DNA from: Octopus sinensis
Taxonomy: Eukaryota
DNA length: 64,000 nucleotides
Direction: 5' to 3'
Assembly (NCBI RefSeq): GCF_006345805.1
Contig: NC_043000.1
Span: 2,170,001 to 2,234,000 of the forward strand
Both the position numbers and the translations under genes were made by a program. Positions 11,710 through 24,445 of the stretch are shown piece after piece. Positions within the stretch are counted from its first letter, which is position 1. Each line of letters begins with the position of its first letter. A model generated the notes under the pieces. The model saw only the letters and a program-made list of their open reading frames with translations. It did not search any database and had not been told where the DNA came from.

Positions 11710-12910
11710 TGTATTATGTATTCATCATCATTTTAACGTCTACTTTTCCATGCTTGCATGGGTCGGAAAGAATTAATAGAAGCAAAATTTTTTCACAACC
11801 ACATGCCCTTCCTGTTACCAGCCTTCATATGCTTACTAGCAAGCTATAATTTTCCCATAGCTACACATGTTTTTCATAGAAGACTGGAAACAAACAGCTT
11901 TGCTTGAATGACAACCATCATATGATGTCTAAACTCCACACACACACAGAGGGCTGGTGTTATGCAGTGCAGGGCCCAGTTAGAGAATTGTCAGTGGGAC
12001 CCTCTACCCAACAAAAGCTGAAGGTTGATGTTTTATGCTTCGTGTAGCACACCAGTCTCAGCCAAAAAGCAATGCGGGTTTGTGGCTCCACCATTAGCCA
12101 CAATAGTATACTAAAAATTTGTCATAGTGCCTTCCACTTGAGTGTGTGCATGAGACGACATTCTCTTGGCATGGGATCCAAGTTGAACAATTCAGCTTAA
12201 AACCAGCCCTGTCTAGGATATACCTAATTTCCATCTACCACATCTATTCACAAGGTTTTGGTCAACTTGAAGCTATGGTAAAAGACATTTGCCCAAGGTG
12301 CCATGTGGTGGGACTGAACCCAAGATCACATGGCTGGAAAGCAATCTTCTTAACAATATGACCACACCTGGGCCCAGGATAATTTTAGTTGTTTTTCATT
12401 TATTCATTTTTTTGTTTCAGATTGACCCTAGGACTTAATTTTTTGAGCCTAGTCCTTATTCTGTCAATCTCTTTTGCAGAATTGCTAAGTTATGGGGATG
12501 TAAATGCACCAACACCGGTTGTGAAATGGTGATGGGGGGACAAACACAAAGACAAACACACACACTCACGTGCACACACACACACACACATGATGGACTT
12601 CTTTCATCAACATCAGTAGCATGGAGAGGGGAGGCTGGTATGCATGGGCGACTGCTGGTCTTCTACAAACAACCTTGCCCAAACTTGGACCTCAGAGGGT
12701 AACTTTCTAGGTTCAATCCCATGGTCATTTCTGACCAAAGGGGTCTTTGCACTTTTTATCCTGTATATATATATATATATATACACATGCACATATATGT
12801 ATAAAATTTAGAGAAAAGCCTCTATTAAACAATTCAATAGTGAAAGACGTTATTCACACCATGTAGAAAAAGTTAAATATACTATAGAAAACATTATTCT
12901 AAAAATCAGT

Positions 12911-12952
<42 letters not shown>

Positions 12953-13620
12953 CATTTGAAAATCCAAGAGTCAGAGAAACAGGCACTTTTATACCAATCC
13001 TTTTATAGCCTTGTATATACTGTATCAGGATTGGGTTTTTTTCCCTCCCTAAACTTGTATATGAAACCAGTCACTAAAACCAACTGAAATGGATCTATAA
13101 TACTGTATAGTTATTACATATAGTAAAATTGATAAAAAGAAAGAGTGCATTGAACTTTCTGTAGGAAGTGGAAAATGCAATATTTCAGATAAAGTCCTTC
13201 TTCAAGGAAAAATTTACTGGAGAGAAATCAATGAGAGACAGCATTGTTTTACAGCCACTAAGTTGAGAAAACTTTTCTGCTGTCTTGAAATAGTTTCTCT
13301 CCTGGCAATTTTTACCTGACAAAAGACTTTGTCTGAAATGATGCATTTTCTACCCCCTATGTTAAGTTCATTGTACTCTTTTTATTGATCTTACAAGTCT
13401 TGCCAGTGCACAATGTACAAGTCTTGCTAGTGCAAACCAACACCAGTCTCTTTGGAGTCCGTTTAATAATATATATACAAAGGAAAAGTGGTGGGGAAAA
13501 AGCCCTACATATTCTATTGCAAGAACATAAGCACATTTTTATTTTTCACAGATGAGAGTAAAAGTATTCAATACATATATACTTTCTCTCTACGTGCAAC
13601 CTATCTACCAGCTCGTTACC

Positions 13621-13847
13621 TTAACCCTTTAGTGTTCAGATTATTCTATCAAACATAATGCTTATTGATTCCCATTGATTTGAATTAATCATGCATTATC
13701 TCATATCTTCAAGATCTTGATGGTGTAATTACCTAATGTAGAATAACATTGTAGGGTAGGTGTGAGAGCCTGGATCTGGTCAGTTTGAACATAAAACAGA
13801 TTAAATATTTTGGCTGGATATGGCCGGTTTAAATACTAAAGGGTTAA
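13621..13847. mobile_element. piggyBac-like MITE
   Basis: TTAA|CCCTTTAGTGTT ... AATACTAAAGGG|TTAA; second, inverted copy at 50980-51179. Confidence 0.75.
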
Positions 13848-13859
13848 TAATAATAATAA

Positions 13860-14077
13860 TAATCCTTTCTACTGGAGACACAAGGCCTCATACTTGTGGA
13901 GAGGGGACTAGTTGATTACATTGATCCCAGTGTTTCACTGGTACTTAATTCATCGACCCCGAAAGGATGAAAGGCAAAGTCGACCTAGGCGGAGTTTGAA
14001 CTCAGAACGTAACGATGGGCAAAATATTGCCAAGCAATTCATCCAGCACACTTATGATTCTGCCAGCTCGCCGCCTT
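13860..14077 (-). mobile_element. SINE family D variant
   Basis: Ends in GCCAGCTCGCCGCCTT (reverse complement of the head); central CCCGAAAGGATGAAAGGCAAAGTCGAC. Confidence 0.85.
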
Positions 14078-14139
14078 AATAATAACAATAATAATAATTA
14101 TTATTTCAAATTTTTGTCACAAGGGCACTTATAATAATA

Positions 14140-14176
<37 letters not shown>

Positions 14177-14671
14177 TGATGATGATAATCTTTCTCTGGG
14201 CATGTGTTATTTGAAGGGAAATAACTCTATTTTAGCTAAATCAGATGTGTCTATCTGTCTGTCCGTCTGTCTTTCTGGATGTATGCCTTTTTTTCCTTCA
14301 TGCATATAAAGAGAGATATGTTTGTGTCAGGTTCATTTTCAGTAGTCTATTTTTCTCTCTTTATATTCATTTTTGTTTTTCTTTATGTTTAACATTCAAT
14401 GTTTTTCTCTTTCTCTCTCACTTTCTCCTCTCTCTCTCTTTCTGTATGTGTATGTATATGCGAACATCAGCCTTCAGCTTCGAAACATCTTTGCCAAAAA
14501 AAAGCCATTGCCAAAACCAGTTTAGTCCAAAAATGGCTTGCAACTAAGCAGCGTCATCCAATAGCCCCATCCCAATATAACCTTCTTTAAATTTAAAAGT
14601 TAATATACATGCATTCCAAATTGTAAGCCCTAGTTTTGCACCTAGGTAACCTAAATTTTGCTTAGGGACAC

Positions 14672-15150
14672 ACCATCATCATCCTCATCATTTAACGTCC
14701 GCTTTCCATGCTAGCATGGGTTGGACGATTTGACTGAGGTCTGGTGAACCAGATGGCTGCACCAGACTCCAGTCTGATCTGGCAGAGTTTCTACAGCTGG
14801 ATGCCCTTTCTAATGCCAACCACCCAAGAGTGTAGTGGGTGCTTTTATGTGCTACCGTCATGAGGGCCAGTCAGGCAGTACTGGCAATGGCCACACTCAA
14901 ATAGTGCTTTTTATGTGCCACCAGCATAGGAGCCAGTCCAGTGGCACTGGCAACGACCTCGCTCGAATGTTTTTTTACGTGCCACCAGCACAAGTGCTAG
15001 TAAGGCAACGCAGGTAACGATCGTGCTCAAATGGTGTTTTAACTTGCCATCGGCACGGAGGCCAGCTTGTTGCTCTGGCAACGATCTCACTCGTATGGTA
15101 CTCTTAGCACTCCACTAGCATGGATGCCAGTCATCGAATTAGATTTCAAT
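14672..15150 (-). mobile_element. SINE family A, long form with tandem ~60-nt modules
   Basis: 3' tail plus about 5 reiterated ...TTTT(T)ACGTGCCACC... modules. Confidence 0.85.
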
Positions 15151-16170
15151 TTTGTTCAAAAATAAGGTTGTAGGCTTAATGTCTTTTCAGTTTTACATTT
15201 ATGCAATTGTATGTAGCTCAGTTTGAACCATCTTTTGAATTTCTTTGATGCAGCAATTCTGAGCAAATCAATACATGAAGAGTGGATTTTTTGCTATGTA
15301 TGAGCCCAGTATAGTTTTGGCTCTTTGAGTAGTCAGTATGATGTACTGTTCGTTCGTGTGTGTATGTGCATTTAGTTTGGTGCAGTTTTGGCTCTTTTAG
15401 TAGTCAATGTAATTTAGTCTTCATTTTGTGTTTGTGTGCATGCATGCGTGCATGTATATGATCAGTGAGACTACATTTGCAGTGTCAGGTCAGTGTTATT
15501 TAATATTGGCTGATTGTCACTATGGTGTAGAGTTGACTGTATGTGTGTTTGTGGTCACTACATTACAGAGTATTCTACTGTGTGTTAGCTTCGATGCAGT
15601 TTTGGCAGTGGTCAGTTTTTCTCTCTATGTGCTACCTATCTGTAGATTTGACTTTTTGTGTGTCCAGTGTGATTTAGTGTTGGCTGTACATGTGGTCAAT
15701 GTGACAATGTATTGGCAATGTGGTCAGTTGTATGTAGTGGTTGTGTGTGTTGTCAGTGTGGTGGAGTGTTGTCTGAGTGGCCAGTGTGATGTACTTATTG
15801 TCTTTGTATGTGATCGGTCAGAAGCAGACCCAGTCATTTGGTCAATGTCATGCAGGCTAGTGTAATGTATAGTTGAGTTTTTGTGTGGTCAGTTTGACCC
15901 AGATTTATCTACGAAACAGAAGCGAAACAGTTTGTTGAGACAGTTCCACTACACTGATACCTGACAATACTGAGCTTAAATCCTGTTTAGGTTAAATTGT
16001 CCTGGTGTCTACTTAATAACTTACAACATATAAACAATAAGGACTATCACATGTTTGCATACCCACCAGTGTAGGAGTGCTCTGTGGTGCACTCTTGTAG
16101 CAGTGCGGAAATATAAGTATACAGAGCTTTTAACTGGTAGCACTTGCATGTGCAAGTTGTTTGCAAGACA

Positions 16171-16562
16171 TCAGTATCGCCCGGCGTTGCTCGGGTTTGT
16201 TTTGACCCTTTAGAATTGGAATTTTTGAAAATTAAAAATTTTGCATTATGTAGCTTGTTACTTTCTTGAAGTGAACATTTTTCTGGTTGAAATACACCGA
16301 AAAATGGCGACACAGCAGTCAAAAATATCGTAAAAAATAGAGATTTTCATAGAAAAAAATCACCTTTTTGACGTAAATAATTTTTGGTCTTAACATGGTC
16401 TGATTTGAATTTTATCTTCTACGGAATGAAGAGCAAGCCTTCTTCTATCATACTCTCAATTTTGGTCAACTTGCGCTGCAGGGTCTCGGAGGAGATAGTG
16501 TTAGTTGGAGTCTACCAAACCTGCCACACACAGACAATTTCAGCTTTATATATATATATAGA
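16171..16562 (-). mobile_element. Non-autonomous Helitron, type I (terminal CTAG eroded)
   Basis: High similarity to 11321-11709 and 22054-22444. Confidence 0.85.
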
Positions 16563-17461
16563 AGAAGACATTGTAGATGTAAAGTAGTAAATTAATTAAG
16601 TACAGCTGCACAATAGAACTGTTCTAAGTTCAGCTGTGCAATAGTGCAGCTCTACTTTGTTTCCATACCCACCAGTGTAGGAGTGTTCTGTGGTGCACTC
16701 TTGCAGCAGTGCAGAAATATAAGTGTATGACATTGTAGTTGTACAGTAGTACATCGATAAAGTGCAGCTGCACAATAGCACAGTTCTAAGTACAGCTGTG
16801 CAATAGTGCAGCTCTACATGTGACAAGTAATAGTATCTGTAATTGGTGCATCTGATGCAAGTCTAACTTACAGCTGCATTAACACCTATATTTCATTGCA
16901 CTTTCTCTATGCATGTAACAGCTGCAAAGCATGTAACAGTGTGTGTGTGCATGTGAGCAATGGTCTGCGTAGTGATTAATGTGTGTGCGTGCATGTACAG
17001 TAGAGGCTGTCTTGCACTATGTGTAATAGTGTGTGTGTGTATTGCTATGCACCTGTCACTGTATTACTGTGTGTGTGTGAGAAAGTGTTACTCTGTGTGT
17101 GTGTGTGTGTGTGCATGTATCACTATATGCGTATGGTTCTATCACTGTGCACTCGTCTCTATTATTTTATGTAAGTATTACTTAAATGGTATGCGTGTGT
17201 ATCACTAAGTGAATGTCTGTCTATCATTGAGTGTGTGTGTGTGTGAGAGTATGAGAGAGTATTGTTGTGTTTGTCTGTGTGTGTGTGATGGTCTGTGTGT
17301 GTGTGTGTGTGTGTTGTGTGATGTTTTGTTTGTGTTTGTTACTGTATATGTATTTGTGTGCCTATTGGTGGATGTCTATGTTCTTCTATAAGTGTGTGTG
17401 CAAGGATGTATCTATGTATTAATTGTCTGTCTGTATGTTTGACTGACTGTCTGTCGGTCTT

Positions 17462-17528
<67 letters not shown>

Positions 17529-17617
17529 GCACACATTTATATATACATATATAAGGCTATGTATTCCTGTATTTGTGTGTATGTATTTATTATATAGTGT
17601 ATGTATGTGTGAGTGTG

Positions 17618-17651
<34 letters not shown>

Positions 17652-17752
17652 ATATTTATTATATAGTGTATGTATGTGTGTATGTATATATATATATACA
17701 TACACACACCCATATATTTATTATATCGTGTATGTATGTATGTGTGTGTATG

Positions 17753-17787
<35 letters not shown>

Positions 17788-19084
17788 ATAGATAGATAGA
17801 TAGATAGATAGATATGACTGTGTACTCTGAGGTCAACTTAGCCTTTCATCCTTCTGGGGTTGATAAAATAAGTATCAGTTGAGAACTGGGATCAATAATC
17901 CCCAATTGGCTAACCCATCCCCATAAAAATTTCAGGCCTTGTGCCTATAATAGAAAACATATGATTCTGTATATCTGCATGTGTGTGTGTGTATCAGTAT
18001 ATCTATGTATTATATACAGTGTATGTGTTTATGTATGCTGATATGACTGTATGTTGGTGTGTGTGTGTATGTGTGTCTTAGTGTGCATCCATATTACAGT
18101 TTGTGTGTGTGTGTGTGTATGTGTGTGTTTATGTGTATGTCTGCTAAAATGCAGTGTCACCAAAGCTACCTACTCCACACCTAACATTACCTCCACAACT
18201 GCTACTGCCCTTACCACTACAATTACTACCTCTACATCAGCTAAACTATCAACACTGAGACCACCACCACCACCACCACCACCGCTTCTGCCACCACCAC
18301 CACCACCACCACCACCAACACCACCATCTCAAAATGTCTCCCGGCATCACTGCTCTTGTTACCACACTAGAACCACAACCACCGTCAATCACATCACCAC
18401 TGTGACACACTAACACTACTGCCACAACTCACTCGTTACAAAAGCGATCGCTACCATTTCCACCACCTCCACCAGCACCACCACCAGCACCACCATCGCT
18501 ACTATTACTATGTTGTAACCATACCGCCGCCGCCGCCGCAACCACCACCGCCACCTTCCATCCCCCACCACAACTGCCACAACCAGTGTTCCTATGCCAA
18601 CAGTGACACACCCACCACATGTGACTGTGTACACTCCCCACCCCCCGCAACCCACCCACCCCTCCCTCCCTTTCTCCCCTCTATACCAAATTCACTCCTC
18701 TAATTACACCCCCACCTACTTACATAATTATATTCTTACACCTCTCATCCATCTTCCCTCCTACACACACACACACACACACACACACACCTGTATTATT
18801 TAACCATGTCATTATGCAGCCTCCTTCTACAGCCACCACCATCTCTATCAACTTTTTGACCACCATTTTGTTCTGGTGACTTCCATCATGTGACAATTTC
18901 CCTCACACACACACACACACACACGTTCACTCATTTGCGTGTGACTGTATATTTCAAGATGTATGTATGTATATATATGTATGTGTGTGCTAGGCAAGTT
19001 GACAGCAAAGAAGGACTTAACATGAAATAAATTGCACAGAAGAATTTTAAAGAAAGATCACTCAAGAAATGGAATCTTGTAACT

Positions 19085-19480
19085 AGCCAGAAGTAGTTGA
19101 CAACTTCAATTACTCAGGTGACCTAATCAGCTGCGGAGATAAATGAGTATTAGGAAGGCATTGTAGCCAGAGTAAGGATGGAGTGCTTAAAGTTCAGGAA
19201 CATATTGACCTTATTTGCAACAAAAGTAATAGGGCTTCTCTCGTGGAAAAAGCAAACCTGTATCACACTTGTATACAGAGTGATATTGGATGGTGGCCAG
19301 ACACTGAGTTTAAATGTTGAGGATGTGTGAAGGATGGGAAGAAACGAAGCAGCTATGTTTCACCGAACGAGTAATGTCAATGTGCTTTGAATGATGTGAA
19401 TGATAGAAATAAAGGTGAGATTAAAGAAAGATTAGGTATAAGGGGATTCAGGTGTAATATGTGGATACTGGGTGAATGAG
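19085..19480 (+). pseudogene. RTE-clade LINE RT C-terminal fragment
   Basis: EVVDNFNYSGDLISCG, IVARVRMECLKFRNIL, RMGRNEAAM and EIKERLGIRG match the RTE pattern VVD.F.YLG..I, ARIR..W..FR.L, RLERNE..M and LREKLGIRG; stops and frameshifts present. Confidence 0.8.
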
Positions 19481-19488
19481 TAGAGTAC

Positions 19489-19704
19489 ACAGCTCCCATG
19501 ACTTTCGGAAACATTTTTTCACGCTCAGAGTTGCTGAAGCATGGAATAAACTGCCTGCGTCAGTTGTTGACTGCCATGACACTGCATCCTTTAAGGCCCT
19601 CATGCTTTCCGAAATCCACCGAAACTACACCTGATTATATATACACTTTAGATGAGTTGTAGTGCACCTGAGCACTGTACACAATTATTATTATTATTAT
19701 TATT
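19489..19704 (+). mobile_element. CR1/L2-type LINE 3' end with (ATT)n tail
   Basis: 19506-19634 reads RKHFFTLRVAEAWNKLPASVVDCHDTASFKALM...*, the canonical R..FF..RV...WN.LP..VV.....FK motif; second copy inverted at 51256-51390. Confidence 0.9.
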
Positions 19705-19884
19705 CCAATGGATGGAATCTGTGGAAGAGGAAGATCACAAAAAGCTATGGTGAAGGTTGATTGCTGGATGTGGAACTTGTTTGAGAATTCTGGGGAATCC
19801 ACAGGTGAGAAGATGCTGTGTACTGGGGTAAATTTGGGTAATGTGTACCAGCATGAAAATAAACCTGCAAAATTATGATGATGA

Positions 19885-19915
<31 letters not shown>

Positions 19916-19943
19916 AACACACACATGCACACACACATAATAA

Positions 19944-20173
19944 GGCGGTGAGCTGGCAGAAGCGTTAGCACACCGGATGAAATGCTTAGCGGTATTTCAT
20001 CTGCTGTTATGTTCTGAGTTCAAATTCTGCTGAGGTCGACTTTGCCTTTCATCCTTTCCGGGTCGATTAAATAAGTACCAGTTATGCACTGGGGTCGATG
20101 TAATCAATTTAATCCCTTTGTCTGTCCTTGTTTGTCCCCTCTATGTTTAGCCCCTTGTGGGCAATAAAGAAAT
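19944..20173 (+). mobile_element. SINE family D
   Basis: Full head-to-tail match to 7618-7836 and 34313-34541. Confidence 0.9.
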
Positions 20174-20192
20174 AACATATATATATTTGGAT

Positions 20193-20574
20193 TGGAAGCA
20201 CTCCGTCGGTTACGACGACGAGGGTTCCGGTTGATCCGATCAACGGAACAGCCTGCTCGTGAAATTAACGTGCAAGTGGCTGAGCACTCCACAGACACGT
20301 GTACCCTTAACATAGTTCTCGGGGATATTCAGCGTGACACAGAGAGTGACAAGGCTGGCCCTTTGAAATACAGGTACAACAGAAACAGGAAGTAAGAGTG
20401 AGAGAAAGTTGTGGTGAAAGAGTACAGCAGGGATCACCACCATCCCCTGCCAGAGCCTCGTGGAGCTTTAGGTGTTTTCGCTCAATAAGCACTCACAACG
20501 CCCGGTCTGGGAATCGAAACCGCGATCCTATGACCGCGAGTCCGCTGCCCTAACCACTGGGCCATTGCGCCTCC
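20193..20574 (-). mobile_element. tRNA-derived SINE family C, full length, tail type 1
   Basis: Reverse complement of GGAGGCGCAATGGCCCAGTGGTTAGGGCAGCGGACTCGCGGTC...GGTTTCGATTCCC (A- and B-box-like) through ...GTAACCGACGGAGTGCTTCCA. Confidence 0.9.
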
Positions 20575-21479
20575 ACTTGGGTACTACTAGGTTGAAATCA
20601 TTAACTTTTGGTTGTTCATCCTATATTTTCTCTCCATGGTTTATAACCCCATAGAAGTACATTCTTACACAGAATTGATTTGTATGTGTTTGTCATGTCT
20701 TATAAAATATTGCTTACATACATCACTAAATTTCCCTATCACACATCAATAGTTACACCATTCACATACATGCACATCTCCATAACTACACTCCCACACA
20801 AACCAAACACAGTCTATGATACATACAAACCAAACACTTAATATTTACACCATTAACATACATATATATACTCTCTTTTACTCTTTTACTTGTTTCAGTC
20901 ATTTGACTGCGGCCATGCTGGAGCACCACCTTTAGTCGACCAAATCGACCCTGGGACTTATTCTTTGTAAGCCCAGTACTTATTCTATCAGTCTCTTTTG
21001 CCGAACCGCTAAGTGACGGGGACGTAAACACACCAGCATCGGTTGTCAAGCAATGCTAGGGGGACAAACACAGACACACAAACACACACACATACACATA
21101 TATATAATCTGCTGCCCTAACCACTGGGCCATTGTGCCTCCACTTATATATATATATGAGACGTTTTAGTATCCAGAAGACCCAAAATGGCATATCAAGT
21201 TTTTTTCAATTTGACCCCCAATTAAGCAAAAATTCGAGAAAACTCAATATTTTACGATTTGCCTCTCACATTTCAAGTGGTTTACTCCTGCTATTACCAC
21301 CACACTTTCTCCTACTTTCTCTTTGCAAGTGTGAAACTATTAAAGTGAAAGTATTCCCTTATTATGTGTGTGTGTGTATGTGTATTAAAATTGCATCAAT
21401 GACTTGAACTTGAATAAGTGGTTTCACATAAATGGGGATAAATTAAAAAGGTTTGTTGTTATTATTATTACTGTTTGAC

Positions 21480-21800
21480 TATTGTAATCACGTTTATTGG
21501 TTCCGCGTCAGGGAAACGTTGTTGTGTTGCATTTGTTAAATAATTGTAAACCGTAACCCTCCCCCTTTCGGAGAAGGGGCTTTGGTTATTGTTTAAAAAT
21601 TGAATTGTGTCCCTGTTTGGGAAAATTGACAATATTTTCACCGTCTTTACGGAAACAGTTTTGTTAAAATGCCTTCGATAGAAGAAAGTCCAAAAATGAA
21701 TTTCGCTGCAGCCGTACACTTCTATACAAGAGGGAGGACAAGATCCAATTGATCGAAATTGCAAGAGACGGGCCTACAATTCCAGTCTGTTAAATATTTT
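21480..21800. promoter_or_regulatory. CpG-retaining unique island (candidate promoter/first exon, or transposase 5' remnant)
   Basis: About a dozen CpGs by eye in ~320 bp of non-repeat DNA; ATTGG (CCAAT) at 21496-21500, GCGTCA at 21505-21510, ATG at 21669. Confidence 0.3.
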
Positions 21801-22053
21801 GAGTATTGTTATCACTAGCGATATCAAGATATAACTTTGTATTTTGTATTTATATAGATGTACATGTAATATGTACACATATATATATACGCATATATAC
21901 ATGCATAATATATCTACCCATACACACATACGCACACGCACACACACACATGGTTCCAAACACATGGTCCTGGGTTCATGTACATATATACATACATACA
22001 TCCATACATGTGTGTGTGTGTGTGTATGTATGTGTATTAATGTGTGTGTGTTA

Positions 22054-22444
22054 TCTCTCTCTATATAAAGCTGAAGTTGTCTGTGTGCGCCATGTTTGGT
22101 AACCTTCAACTAACACTATCTCCTCCGAGACCCTGCGGTGCAAGTTGACCAAAATTGAGAGTATGATAGAAGATGGCTTGCTCTTCCTTCCGTAGAAGAA
22201 AAAATTCAAATCGGACCATGTTAAGACCAAAAATTATTTACATCAAAAAGGTGCTTTTTTCTATGAAAATCCCTATTTTTTACGATTTTTTCACTGCTGT
22301 GTCGCCACTTTTCGGTGTATTTCAACCAGAAAAATGTTCACTTGAAGAGAATAACAAGCTACATAATGCTAAATTTTTACTTTTCAAAAATTCCAATTCC
22401 AGCGGGTCGAAACAAACCCGAGCAACGTCAGGCGATACTGCTAG
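22054..22444 (+). mobile_element. Non-autonomous Helitron, type I
   Basis: A|TCTCTCTCTATATAAAGCTG ... CCCGAGCAACGTCAGGCGATACTGCTAG|T. Confidence 0.9.
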
Positions 22445-22759
22445 TATATATTAAGTGGAGGGAAGTTGTGGAAAAGAAGACCCAAGAAGACATAGGATGA
22501 GGTATTGACAGCTGATCGTTATGAAAGTGACAGATGACTAAGATATGTGGTGCATTGGTGTGGATGCTGGTTCCACATAAAAAGCACCCAGTAATAAACT
22601 ATATAAAGTGGTTGGCATTAGGAAGGGTGTCTAGCTGTAGAAACCAAGCCAAAACAGACTATAGGACGTGGTGCGCTCCCTGGCCTTACTAGTTCTTGTT
22701 AAGCTGTTCAACCCATGCCAGTATGGAACATGGACGTTAAATTTTGATAATGATGATAT

Positions 22760-22791
<32 letters not shown>

Positions 22792-22814
22792 TTTTTTTTC
22801 TATAATTTATCTTT

Positions 22815-23200
22815 ACTCTTTTACTCTTTTACTTGTTTCAGTCATTCGACTGTGGCCATGCTGGAGCACCGCCTTTAGTCGAGCAAATCGACCCTGGGAC
22901 TTATTCTTTGTAAGGCCAGTACTTATTCTATCAGTCTCCTTTGCCGAACCGCTAAGTGACAGGAACATAAACACACCAGCATCGGTTGTCAATCAATGCT
23001 AGGGGGACAAACACAAACACACACACATACATATATATATATATACATATATACGACAGACTTCTTTCAGTTTCCGTCTACCAAATCCACTCACAAGGCA
23101 TTGGTCGGCCCGGGGCTATAGCAGAAGAGATGCCACGCAGTGGGACTGAACCTGGAACCATGTGGTTGGTTAGCAAGCTACTTACCACACAGCCACTCCT
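22815..23200 (-). mobile_element. SINE family B
   Basis: Full match to the family B consensus. Confidence 0.9.
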
Positions 23201-23496
23201 TTGAACAGATTATCTATATCCCCTAGCATAAAGCTGCCCACTCTCTTCTGAGTTTATGGCCTTGCAAACTGTGTGGCAAGCTTATTAGTGCTGGTGATAT
23301 ATATAAGGCCCCTAATACAAACTGTAAAGTGCTTGGTGCTGCTAAGGGTGTCCAGTCATAGAAACCATGCCAAAGTAGACACTTGAGTGCAATGCAATCC
23401 CTGGACTCATCAGATTCTCTCAAACTATTCAAACCATACCAGCATGGAACATGGATACTTGATGACAATGATCATGTTATATATATATATATTATA

Positions 23497-23661
23497 GGCG
23501 TAGGAGTGGGTGTGTGGTAAGTAGCTTGCTTACCAACCCAATGGTTCTGGGTTCAGTCCCACTGCATAGCAACTTGGGCAAGTGTCTTTTACTATAGCTT
23601 CAGGCTGACCAAAGCCTTGTGAGTGGATTTAGTGGACGGAAACTGAAAGAAGCCCATCGTA

Positions 23662-23705
<44 letters not shown>

Positions 23706-23900
23706 TACAAATAAATATATATATGTATGTGTGTGTGTATACGTTTGTGTGTTTGTGTTTGTCCCCCCCCAACATTGCTTGGCAACCAATGCTGGTGTGT
23801 TTACGTCCCCATAACTTAGTGGTTTGGCAAAAGAGACTGATAGAATAAGTACTAGGCTTACAAACAATAAGTCCTGGGGTCAATTTGCTCAACTAAAGGC
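23497..23900 (+). mobile_element. SINE family B
   Basis: TAGGCGTAGGAGTGGGTGTGTGGTAAG head, GGGTTCAGTCCC B-box-like motif, internal (TA)n/(TG)n. Confidence 0.9.
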
Positions 23901-24335
23901 ATGGTCACAGTTAAAAGAGTATATGTGTGTGTGTGTAAGATTGTGACATATGACTTCAAATGAAAGATTGATTGAATATGCATTAGCTTAAAGTTTTTGT
24001 GCTAAAACTGTTTGCCCTTCCTGTTGCTAACCCTTACCTACTTTGCAAGTAAGGGAGTTTTCTTCCTTCTTATCATCAAGCATGCAGAGCTACTAGGAAA
24101 TGTCAACATTATATATACATATACAGGGTGCAGCAGAAATACCTCCTACATTTGAAAGGTTGACAAAAGGAAAAAGAAGCAACATTTATGAAAAATTAAT
24201 TTTACTCTTGTTTAAACAAAGGGTTACAGTTTTTGTTCATTAGCTAAATGGAAACATCATTGGCACTTGCATAAGTTCATTTGCAACACATAGGTGAAAG
24301 TTTAAAATGTGGGAGGTATTTCTGCTGCACCCTGT

Positions 24336-24397
<62 letters not shown>

Positions 24398-24445
24398 TTA
24401 TACACACACGCACACACACACATACACATATATATATATATATGT

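Noticed and set aside
18051-18803. Thr/Pro-rich mucin- or formin-like ORFs
   Set aside because: They derive from (CCA)/(ACT) low-complexity sequence, start in a (GT)n repeat, and have no splice support.
20500-20574. tRNA gene (also the heads at 24446, 29593, 45056, 57312, 58721)
   Set aside because: A/B-box-like tRNA-derived SINE heads that continue into SINE bodies with TSDs; no proper acceptor stem or terminator.
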